A stretch of DNA of 64,000 nucleotides from the NCBI GenBank assembly GCA_000002445.1, contig CM000208.1:2272001-2336000 (forward strand), read 5' to 3'. The notes below the pieces were generated by a model. The model was not told where the DNA came from and made no database searches. It worked only from the letters and a program-made list of their open reading frames with translations. Every line of letters begins with the position of its first letter. Positions within the stretch are counted from its first letter, which is position 1. The position numbers were made by a program, and so were the translations under genes. Below, piece after piece: positions 31,559 to 40,228 of this stretch. The DNA is from Trypanosoma brucei (taxonomy: Eukaryota).

Positions 31559-32731
31559 ATGTTGAGGAGGATCAAGGGTATTTCAACTCGTAAAAAGGGA
31601 GGGAGATTATATTTAATAGTGATTGCGCTGCTGATAGTGGTCGGGGTTATGGCGACAATGGATATAAGAAGTAGTCATACGGAAACCGGTCACGGGTTGA
31701 GAAAAGAAAATTTCCACAGTAGTTATGCACCAAGGATTAGTTATGTTGTGGTGCAAAACAGACCCTCCCCAGGGTGGTGTAGAATGCTCTTAAGCTCTAT
31801 ACTCACCAATGTGTCGGTGCTTACGTTGGGTGTGGAGGGTAAGTACGGGCATGTAAGAAGATGGACCTGGATATATAATTATGTATGGCGGGGAGAAGCG
31901 CGTGAGAGCGATGTGATTGTGATATTCGATGGGGGAGACACTTTTTTCACAGAAACACATTTAAGAGAAGATGCCATGAAGTATTTTCTGGCAACAACGC
32001 CTAGCACGCCTGAAAAGTTCAATGAAACAGAAATCATACAGGGAGCTATGACACCTCCAATGCTCTTCACGGCAGAGGTGTATTGCGCTATGCCACAGAT
32101 TGATATAATGGTAAAGCATCCAAGGAATACACCGCCTGGGAAGTGCAGGAGGTTCTACGAGCGAGCATTTGAGGCGTCCACCCGAACAGGGACAAGGGCG
32201 ATTCTGAGGGCAAATGAATCTGGAAGGTCGTATCTCAATGGCGGAGGAGTAATTGCAAGAGTATGGGCTCTGAGAGAGGCTCTGGAGGCATTCTTCCGCT
32301 TAAAAAAGCAAAGTTTTTTTTGGGGCTGTGATCAAACTATGTGGGCATTTGTGTTTTTGTGGAGTGTAACTAGACCAAGTAACGTGAAACCGAAGTTGTT
32401 TCTGAGAAGGGGAATTATGAGCCTTGACTACGAAACTCGGTATTTTCATTATCCTTATGGAAAGGTGATCAAAAGGGGTGCCATACTACATTTTGCGGGG
32501 TCGAGTAACGTGTGGAAGGAGACAATACCCAGGTACCTCAGCGAGATGAGTTGGTTCAAAGCTCTAAAAAATTCTTTCACAGAACGAGAGGCTTACAGGC
32601 GGCTGCTAGAAACAACTTCCGTTGAAATACACTCTGCAAGGGGTGCCTTTAGGTATGTAAAGCTCGGTACTGTGTGCCCCATCTCTAACGTTTCAAACCC
32701 AAATTGGTTATCTGGGGAGTTGAGAAAGTAA
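31559..32731 (+). CDS. type-II membrane protein with a PLOD/LH3-N-terminal-like GT-A glycosyltransferase domain (array copy 1, 390 aa)
   Basis: Short basic cytosolic tail (MLRRIKGISTRKKGGR) and a TM segment (LYLIVIALLIVVGVMATM) precede a luminal domain. Several blocks align with the lysyl-hydroxylase N-terminal GT domain: YVVVQNRP...LTLG (VITVAT...RTLG), DVIVIFDGGDTFF (MIIMFVDSYDVI), MLFTAEVYC (LLFSAESFC), YLNGGGVIARV (FLNSGGFIGFA), CDQTMWAFVFL (DDQLFYTRLYL). ORF-track start is TTG at 31460; the first ATG is at 31559. Confidence 0.8.
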   Translation: MLRRIKGISTRKKGGRLYLIVIALLIVVGVMATMDIRSSHTETGHGLRKENFHSSYAPRISYVVVQNRPSPGWCRMLLSSILTNVSVLTLGVEGKYGHVRRWTWIYNYVWRGEARESDVIVIFDGGDTFFTETHLREDAMKYFLATTPSTPEKFNETEIIQGAMTPPMLFTAEVYCAMPQIDIMVKHPRNTPPGKCRRFYERAFEASTRTGTRAILRANESGRSYLNGGGVIARVWALREALEAFFRLKKQSFFWGCDQTMWAFVFLWSVTRPSNVKPKLFLRRGIMSLDYETRYFHYPYGKVIKRGAILHFAGSSNVWKETIPRYLSEMSWFKALKNSFTEREAYRRLLETTSVEIHSARGAFRYVKLGTVCPISNVSNPNWLSGELRK

Positions 32732-32849
32732 TGCATACGGTCAATCTGCATTGAAGATTACACCCGTAATCCGCGGCACATCGCATCGCACTCTCTTATC
32801 CCTTACATACTCATTGCAGAAACTGACGTTTTATTTTTGTTTTCAGGAA

Positions 32850-34022
32850 ATGTTGAGGAGGATCAAGGGTATTTCAACTCGTAAAAAGGGAGGGAGATTA
32901 TATTTAATAGTGATTGCGCTGCTGATAGTGGTCGGGGTTATGGCGACAATGGATATAAGAAGTAGTCATACGGAAACCGGTCACGGGTTGAGAAAAGAAA
33001 ATTTCCACAGTAGTTATGCACCAAGGATTAGTTATGTTGTGGTGCAAAACAGACCCTCCCCAGGGTGGTGTAGAATGCTCTTAAGCTCTATACTCACCAA
33101 TGTGTCGGTGGTTACGTTGGGTATGGGAGGATGGTATGGTAACGTAAGAAGATGGACCTGGATATATAATTATGTATGGCGGGGAGAAGCGCGTGAGAGC
33201 GATGTGATTGTGATATTCGATGGGGGAGACACTTTTTTCACAGAAACACATTTAAGAGAAGATGCCATGAAGTATTTTCTGGCAACAACGCCTAGCACGC
33301 CTGAAAAGTTCAATGAAACAGAAATCATACAGGGAGCTATGACACCTCCAATGCTCTTCACGGCAGAGGTGTATTGCGCTATGCCAGATATTGATATAAT
33401 GGTAAAGCATCCAAGGAATACACCGCCTGGGAAGTGCAGGAGGTTCTACGAGCGAGCATTTGAGGCGTCCACCCGAACAGGGACAAGGGCGATTCTGAGG
33501 ATGAATGAATCCGGCAGGTCGTATCTCAATGGCGGAGGAGTAATTGCAAGAGTGTGGGCTCTGAGAGAGGCTCTGGAGGCATTCTTCCGCTTAAAAAAGC
33601 AGTGGTTTATATGGCGTTGTGATCAAACTATGTGGGCATTTGTGTTTTTGTGGAGTGTAACTAGACCAAGTAACGTGAAACCGAAGTTGTTTCTGAGAAG
33701 GGGAATTATGAGCCTTGACTACGAAACTCGGTATTTTCATTATCCTTATGGAAAGGTGATCAAAAGGGGTGCCATACTACATTTTGCGGGGTCGAGTAAC
33801 GTGTGGAAGGAGACAATACCCAGGTACCTCAGCGAGATGAGTTGGTTCAAAGCTCTAAAAAATTCTTTCACAGAACGAGAGGCTTACAGGCGGCTGCTAG
33901 AAACAACTTCCGTTGAAATACACTCTGCAAGGGGTGCCTTTAGGTATGTAAAGCTCGGTACTGTGTGCCCCATCTCTAACGTTTCAAACCCAAATTGGTT
34001 ATCTGGGGAGTTGAGAAAGTAA
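32850..34022 (+). CDS. glycosyltransferase-like array copy 2 (390 aa), about 97% identical to copy 1 at the protein level
   Basis: Same architecture as copy 1. Differences from copy 1 are confined to short patches (LTLGVEGKYGH vs VTLGMGGWYGN, PQIDIM vs PDIDIM, RANESG vs RMNESG, KKQSFFWGCDQ vs KKQWFIWRCDQ). Confidence 0.8.
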   Translation: MLRRIKGISTRKKGGRLYLIVIALLIVVGVMATMDIRSSHTETGHGLRKENFHSSYAPRISYVVVQNRPSPGWCRMLLSSILTNVSVVTLGMGGWYGNVRRWTWIYNYVWRGEARESDVIVIFDGGDTFFTETHLREDAMKYFLATTPSTPEKFNETEIIQGAMTPPMLFTAEVYCAMPDIDIMVKHPRNTPPGKCRRFYERAFEASTRTGTRAILRMNESGRSYLNGGGVIARVWALREALEAFFRLKKQWFIWRCDQTMWAFVFLWSVTRPSNVKPKLFLRRGIMSLDYETRYFHYPYGKVIKRGAILHFAGSSNVWKETIPRYLSEMSWFKALKNSFTEREAYRRLLETTSVEIHSARGAFRYVKLGTVCPISNVSNPNWLSGELRK

Positions 34023-34140
34023 TGCATACGGTCAATCTGCATTGAAGATTACACCCGTAATCCGCGGCACATCGCATCGCACTCTCTTATCCCTTACATA
34101 CTCATTGCAGAAACTGACGTTTTATTTTTGTTTTCAGGAA

Positions 34141-35319
34141 ATGGCGAAGGGAGGGAAAAGGGTAGTTGCTCGTAAAAAGGGAGGGAGATTATATTTAATA
34201 GTGATTGCGCTGCTGATAGTGGTCGGGGTTATGGCGACAATGGATATAAGAAGTAGCCATACGGAAACCGGTCACGGGTTGAGAAAAGAAAATTTCCACA
34301 GTAATTATGCACCAAGGGTTAGTTATGTTGTGGTGCAAACGAGACGCTCCCCAGGGTGGTGTAGAATGCTCTTAAGCTCTATACTCACCAACGTAAGCGT
34401 CACAACAGTTGGAATGGGCGCAGTGTACATTCATGCGTGGAGATGGACCTGGATATATAATTATATGCTACGGGAGAGGATGCATGAAGACGATGTGATT
34501 GTGATATTCGATGGGGGAGACACTTTTTTCACAGAAACACATTTAAGAGAAGATGCCATGAAGTATTTTCTGGCAACAACGCCTAGCACGCCTGAAAAGT
34601 TCAATGAAACAGAAATCTTACAGGGAGCTATGACACCTCCAATGCTCTTCACGGCAGAAAAAGGCTGCTACGCGCCGCAAATGTATATCATGACGGGTGT
34701 CGATCCCAGTAAAATACCTCAACGGGAAAGATGTTTAAATGTGTATGAAGAGGCATTTGAGGCGTCTACTCTGGCAGGGACGCAGGCTATTTTGCGGAAG
34801 CACGAATCTGGAAGGTGGCATCTCAATGGCGGAGGAGTAATTGCAAGAGTGTGGGCTCTGAGAGAGGCCCTAGATGTTTTCTTCGCGCTCAAAAGGCAGA
34901 GTTACAAATGGTGGTGTGATCAAAGTATGTGGTCATTGATTTTAGCGTGGAGTGTCAGCAGACCAAAGCACGTGAAACCGGTGTTGCTTCTGAGAAGGGG
35001 AATTATGAGCCTTGACTACGAAACTCGGTATTTTCATTATCCTCATACAACGCCGATTAGGACAGGAGTGATCCTACATTTTCCAATGCCGATCGTTTTG
35101 TGGAAAAACAAAATGGCAAAATACGTTGGTGAGACGACATGGTTTAGGGCTTTGCGAGATTCCGAAGGAAGACAGAAGACAGTGGCAGATTACTTAAAGA
35201 CCGTTTATGTGGATATTCGCTTCGTCTTTGGGTTCAAAAAGTGGAGGAAGTTTAGCAGCGTGTGCAGCATAAGCGATGTTGTGAACCCAAACTGGCTAAG
35301 TGGTGTGTTGAGAAAGTAA
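34141..35319 (+). CDS. glycosyltransferase-like array copy 3 (392 aa), a mosaic with an identical 5' end and a diverged middle and 3' end
   Basis: The spacer and the 5'UTR-proximal sequence are identical to copies 1 and 2 (ATG at 34141). The catalytic core is conserved (VIVIFDGGDTFF, LFTAE, LNGGGVIARVWALREAL, WWCDQSMW) and the C-terminal 80 aa are diverged. Confidence 0.75.
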   Translation: MAKGGKRVVARKKGGRLYLIVIALLIVVGVMATMDIRSSHTETGHGLRKENFHSNYAPRVSYVVVQTRRSPGWCRMLLSSILTNVSVTTVGMGAVYIHAWRWTWIYNYMLRERMHEDDVIVIFDGGDTFFTETHLREDAMKYFLATTPSTPEKFNETEILQGAMTPPMLFTAEKGCYAPQMYIMTGVDPSKIPQRERCLNVYEEAFEASTLAGTQAILRKHESGRWHLNGGGVIARVWALREALDVFFALKRQSYKWWCDQSMWSLILAWSVSRPKHVKPVLLLRRGIMSLDYETRYFHYPHTTPIRTGVILHFPMPIVLWKNKMAKYVGETTWFRALRDSEGRQKTVADYLKTVYVDIRFVFGFKKWRKFSSVCSISDVVNPNWLSGVLRK

Positions 35320-35443
35320 CACCAGCGCTTGACCTGTACCATAATATCATGCCCCCTATACGCTGCGTGTCGGCACGCCATTCACCAGGATGTATGAATA
35401 CACTGTGTGTGGAAATCCGTGTTTTATTTCATTTTTAGAAAAG

Positions 35444-36625
35444 ATGAAAGGAACTAAGAAATTTTATGGTAAAAGAAGGAAGAGAACGTGTGTAATAGGT
35501 GCGGCACTTCTGCTTATCTTTTTACTTTGTCGCATGCTGTTTATCCGGACGGAAGAAGTGGAAGACACCACGTTTGAGGAGGGTTGTTGGGAGCGTGAGA
35601 TGCGCAGCGAAGGAGTGGGAGATGTAAAGGTGCGTTACGTCGTGATACAGACGAAGCCCTCCCCAGGTTGGTGTAGAATGCTTGTAAGCTCTCTCGTTGT
35701 TGGTATTGATGTAATTACAATAGGACTCGATGGCGTGTACCATCACACCTCGAGGCCACATTGGTTGCTGAACTACATAGAAAGTGCGGGGTTAAGTGAT
35801 GACGATGTGATTGTGACATTTGATGGTGCGGACACAGTATTTGTGAACAAGCATAACCTCCAGTGCGCTATTAGCAAGTTCATATCAACGACACCGAGCA
35901 AACCAGAAAATTTCGATGAGGAAAAAATACTGAAAGGCGTCCAAAAGTCTCCACTCCTGTTTACTGCTGAAAGGGGGTGTTTTGCCTCTCAACTAAGCGT
36001 TTTGTTTTCAATAAGAGGCAGAAAACACGAAAAGAGGTGTGAGCGGTTCTATAGGGGGGAGATTTCAAAGGCCAAAGCAACCGGCGCGGAACGGGTGATG
36101 CGGATGCCAAAGAGTGGGCGGGCGTATCTTAATGCTGGTGGGGTGATCGGGAGGGTGTGGGCATTTAAGGAAGCAATAGGAGGATTTTCAAAACTTAGAG
36201 AAAAGAGTGACAGATGGTGGTGTGATCAGACAATTTGGACCATTCTCTTTGCCTGGAGCGTCAATCAACAGGACACTGGGGGTAAAGCAGTGCACTTGAG
36301 AAAGGGTCTGATTTCTCTAGACTACGATGCGAGGTATTTTCTCATTCCTTCGTACACTTCCCCAATTCGAAGCATGATATTGCATTTTTCCGGGCTTATT
36401 AGAGACTGGAAGTGGTGGTTTCCAGGTGTTGTGAGGAGGTTGGTATGGATACAGAGAATGAGAGATGATGTGTATCAGAGAGACAGTAGGAGTTTGCTAA
36501 CTAAGACCAGCTTAACGATCTACGGCGCTAAAGGAGAAAAATATATTCGTAAGTTTGCCGATGTTTGCAACGTTGATGAGGCCGTGGACTACACGTGGCT
36601 GTCGACGGTCCGAAGTAAGCATTAG
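35444..36625 (+). CDS. glycosyltransferase-like array copy 4 (about 393 aa), the most diverged paralogue
   Basis: The start is chosen by analogy with the other copies: the ATG right after poly-Y/AG gives MKGTKKFYGKRRKRT plus a TM segment (CVIGAALLLIFLLC). The ORF track begins at an upstream ATG at 35390. Family blocks are conserved: YVVIQTKPSPGWCRMLVSS, VIVTFDGADTVF, LLFTAERGC, YLNAGGVIGRVWAF, WWCDQTIW. Confidence 0.7.
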   Translation: MKGTKKFYGKRRKRTCVIGAALLLIFLLCRMLFIRTEEVEDTTFEEGCWEREMRSEGVGDVKVRYVVIQTKPSPGWCRMLVSSLVVGIDVITIGLDGVYHHTSRPHWLLNYIESAGLSDDDVIVTFDGADTVFVNKHNLQCAISKFISTTPSKPENFDEEKILKGVQKSPLLFTAERGCFASQLSVLFSIRGRKHEKRCERFYRGEISKAKATGAERVMRMPKSGRAYLNAGGVIGRVWAFKEAIGGFSKLREKSDRWWCDQTIWTILFAWSVNQQDTGGKAVHLRKGLISLDYDARYFLIPSYTSPIRSMILHFSGLIRDWKWWFPGVVRRLVWIQRMRDDVYQRDSRSLLTKTSLTIYGAKGEKYIRKFADVCNVDEAVDYTWLSTVRSKH

Positions 36626-38432
36626 ATACTACAGGTCAGCGTGAGACCGGCTGTTTCTACGGATGTGTGTACACAGGATTTTATACGTTGTGGGTTGCCG
36701 TCCACTCCGCGGCAAATCACCTTAGGTGCCACTGTTGACATCAAAAGGTTTTTCGAAGACAGTCTTTAAAAATTTATGTAAATTCGCTCCCTGCAATCGC
36801 GAGTTGGCGTTGTTTTGTAAACACGTGGATCCGCGTAAACGAAAAAAAAACAGCGATCCCAGTGTCGTTGGGATCTTCTACTGATGCCTGCAACGATGTG
36901 GCCACCGAAAAATAAAGGTAACCGTTTTTTTTTTTTAGCACCGTACTCGTTCGCTATTTACGGATGAAAATGAGGGGGAGTAGTGGGTATGTAGATTTCG
37001 AATGCCGTATCGTGGTGTTATTGGTGACTTTCTGTAAAACAAGCAGTTCAAAGGGGGAGTGTGATTATTATCGTCAAACTTTTAGATGAGAGCTTGCATT
37101 CAAGGCGCGTGTTGTGGCAGAAAACACGGGCTGCTCCCTGAGGTAGTGCAAGCCGTGTGCTCGTATAACGCCATCCGGTGCAGTGGTGGTTGGTGTGGTG
37201 GTGTTCCGCGACACCGACATGTCGGGAGGTGTCTGTGAGATTGAGGGGTTTATGTGGGAATATGATATCGTAGCAATGTTTTATGGCGCAGACACGTCTT
37301 TAGCGCAGGCCGAGTTTGTGGAGGAAGAGACACACCTTTGCGAATAGCTCACCAAAAATTAAAATGACAAACACATGGCGAGAGTCATTTTGCTTGGAAC
37401 AATGTTCCCCTCAATAATTTTCCGATCGAGAGGGGATGTTACCTCCTACGGATGTATGTCATGCTAGTGGTGTAGAACAAAAGTTCACAGTGGTACGAAA
37501 GTGTGTGAATATACGAGACTGGATGAGTGGGAAGGAGCTTATGGAGGGCTCGTCACGGTTGGGCTGCAGAATGCATGCCCAAACGGCATCGGTAAAAGTG
37601 GAAGAGTTTAAACGCTCAGAGAACCCTTTAAATCACTTTGTCAACGCCAGGATGGAGAACTTCAACTGATGGTGCGGCTACTATATAAGCGCTGGCGTTT
37701 CCGTACAATGTGACAGAGTACGTATTCGGGGAGGCGTTTACTCCCTCTCTACGGGGACCCATGTCCCTTAACTACAACTTCCAATGGTTTGGCAACGCCA
37801 CACTCAAAACAAACCTCACTTCCACTATTGCCCATTCGGGGTGAGATAATTGGGAGGGTGAGCTTGCCGATGACTGGGAGACTGTCATTGTGGTACCGAC
37901 AACTTGAACCACCGGAGAGGTGACAGTGAACGAAGGAGCATTCACTTTCGGAGCCTTTAGTGGCACAACGTAAGGAGAGAAAGTGCCTTCGAACAACCTC
38001 GGTGACGTGCGTCGAATCAATAGGACGGTGAAATATAAATGGCTAATGAGACCATTTAAGTGAAGTTAGCTGACGCCAGCACCATGTGTTTGCATTTATT
38101 TCACCGTGGCGTGCCTCGTATTTCTCCGCAATGAAGTTGGGTAGACATCTTCACCATTGTTGAGGACGTGGTATGCATCTATTGAATAGTGGATCTTGTC
38201 CCTAAAAACTGCCGAAACGTGGACGAAGAGCTCTCATAAAAAGGATTTCGATTTTACGCTGCTGTGCGTGAGTCAGGATAAAGAGGTGGCGTGATTTTAA
38301 TTGGTTCCATTGGAAATGCCTGTGATTTAGAGGAGTTCTTAGTGAAATCTCGAGCGCGCACAATAGTGATAAAACGAAAAAGAGGGATGTGAGGGGGAGG
38401 GCGTGCCGGTCATATAAAGGATATTCCAAACT

Positions 38433-38648
38433 ATGAGCTTCATGGGAAAGACGCTTGTTTTGTGCGCGCTATTTTTCCGAACAAGTAGCAGGGGTACAAT
38501 CTCGCTTCAGGTTGCGCTGCAGCAGATTGATGTCCATGATATAACTACCTCTCCCGTGGATAAGAGCCGTTCCATTACTCGAAAATTAGGTAGGGTAGAG
38601 AGCGCGGGGTGGCGACCAGAAGTTTTGATTCGGAAGAAATTATTGTAG
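38433..38648 (+). CDS. small ORF (71 aa) with a hydrophobic N-terminus; speculative
   Basis: ATG ORF, MSFMGKTLVLCALFFRTSS... No other support. Confidence 0.12.
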   Translation: MSFMGKTLVLCALFFRTSSRGTISLQVALQQIDVHDITTSPVDKSRSITRKLGRVESAGWRPEVLIRKKLL

Positions 38649-39625
38649 ATTATGTTTGTCGCCGTGTGTTTTCCTCTTACCTTATCAGTTTTCAACTACA
38701 GTGATGGCATTCCATCGGGAGTGGTCCGACTAATCTTGGAACCACCCTCGGGAGCGAGTCGCTCTGTGGGCAATTTGGGAGAAGACAGGACTTGTGATAC
38801 CGAGATGTTAAAATAAATTTAAAGTAGTTGTATAACGTCTAAGAATTCAAAGGTGTATACAGTTGAATGTTTAATCCTGGGCGTGCTCATGAAGTAAATT
38901 GGTTACTTGGGGGTTATGGAAGCGAAATTAGTATGTTTTTTGTGGGCTTGTTGTATTCATGATCATCTAGAGAAAAGCATTGACGTACGAAAAGCTGATT
39001 ACAGTGGATTGAGGGAACGGAAGGCCAGTTGCCCATTTGAGAGGGAACGCCAGCGGGAGTCTTCCAAGAGACGGTTAGCTCTCACTATATGCCAGTTTGT
39101 TGCCGATTGTCTGTGAAATTTATAATTCAAGTGGAAGACATCACTCTTCTCAGATCATATCTGAGTTTAAAAGAATTGGGATACCCCTGTTGCTCAAATA
39201 TTCCACCATAAAAAACGAAAGATCTTCACTTGGTAGCGTCGGATTAACTGTGCGTCCGGTTTCTCATATTCAGAACATCAATTGGAACTCCCACTCTATA
39301 GTGTGCCACGTCAGTGTTCTTCAATTTCCAAAGAGAGGGAGATTTTGTGACGGCAGCTTCATACCGCAGCGGGGGTCTTGGTGTGTATGCAGAGATTGCT
39401 TACTTGATGTGCACCACTCAGTTGCAACATCCTTGGCGTAGTTAACGGACAAAATTTAAAAATTTTATTGCTTTGAAAAAAAAATGAATTTGTGTTAAAT
39501 GATATCTTAACATTTAAATGCTTTTCTTAGCAAATGATTGCAAATAACTTTGCGTTAAATGGAATGATCTTGTTTTTCATGCTGTCTTGTGAAGGGACGT
39601 TAAATTTGCAACAGCTAGGATAATA

Positions 39626-40228
39626 ATGAGAACGAATAGTCTCAACATCGGAGCAGTTTTGGGGGTGATGTTGGTAGTGGTTGACATTGAAGCACAGGGA
39701 ACAGGTGCCGTGTCCGCGTCGCATTGCACTTTCAACCAGCGCTCCGGTGTTTCTAAGAAGGAAGAGCTAGGGGACGCTATGAAGGTAGATAATGTCTTTC
39801 CAGGAGGCCCTAAAAAAGACGTTTTGGTGTCGTGTGCCAATAAGAGTCGTCAGACAGCGGCAGGGATTTTCGTTCACTGGTGCTGCAGGTGTGAATCAGA
39901 AACCAGTGGCGACAGGGGCAATGTTTGCGAATTTTTTGGAGATTGTGAATGTGATGATATCTATTCAACCTCAAACGTCCCTAAATGCGTTAAAGGAGAC
40001 CACATGTGGAGGGACTCTTCTACTGCGCTGCGGGCGGTTCTTCAGGATGTCAAGGGGAGAGACGCTTGTAACATCTCAACACCTAATGGAAAAGAGATAT
40101 TGATGAAGCTTACGAGAGAAGAGCTCACATCTAATATAGCACCTCAGGATTCGTCCTCCAAAATATTCTTGTTTCTGCTGGCTGCGCTGCTCATGCAGGA
40201 CGAATCTGTGGCACAAACCTCCAATTAG
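39626..40228 (+). CDS. small Cys-rich putative surface protein (200 aa) with an N-terminal signal peptide and a C-terminal hydrophobic segment (GPI-signal-like or short TM anchor)
   Basis: MRTNSLNIGAVLGVMLVVVDIEAQG looks like a signal peptide. There are about 12 Cys, including CCRCESETSGDRGNVCEFFGDCECDD. The C-terminus is ...SSSKIFLFLLAALLMQDESVAQTSN. A poly-Y tract followed by AG lies upstream, at about 39560-39615. Confidence 0.4.
   Translation: MRTNSLNIGAVLGVMLVVVDIEAQGTGAVSASHCTFNQRSGVSKKEELGDAMKVDNVFPGGPKKDVLVSCANKSRQTAAGIFVHWCCRCESETSGDRGNVCEFFGDCECDDIYSTSNVPKCVKGDHMWRDSSTALRAVLQDVKGRDACNISTPNGKEILMKLTREELTSNIAPQDSSSKIFLFLLAALLMQDESVAQTSN

Larger units (their letters stand above)
31127..36625 (+). 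repeat. head-to-tail tandem gene array with a 1291-bp unit for the first repeats; 1 partial plus 4 complete paralogues
   Basis: Copy 1 and copy 2 starts are offset by exactly 1291 bp (ORF-track 31460 vs 32751) and copy 3 by 2582 bp (34042). The 118-bp spacers and the 5' and 3' gene ends are identical in the partial copy, copy 1 and copy 2. Copies 3 and 4 are progressively diverged. Confidence 0.9.

Noticed and set aside
31879-32070. 63-aa minus-strand ORF (MKSIGGVIAPCMISVSLNF...), repeated at 33170-33361 and 34461-34652
   Set aside because: It is antisense to the conserved coding region of each glycosyltransferase-like copy. Its repetition is a consequence of the tandem array, not independent evidence for a gene.
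31127-36625. Possibility that the regular 1.29-kb repeats are a CRISPR array or satellite
   Set aside because: The units are protein-coding genes with kilobase periodicity and a eukaryotic context. There are no short direct repeats with unique spacers.
36851-36873. Short perfect hairpin gatccca-gtgtcgt-tgggatc preceded by A9
   Set aside because: A 7-bp stem is too short to call a structured RNA or terminator without other evidence. It is noted only as a curiosity downstream of the array.
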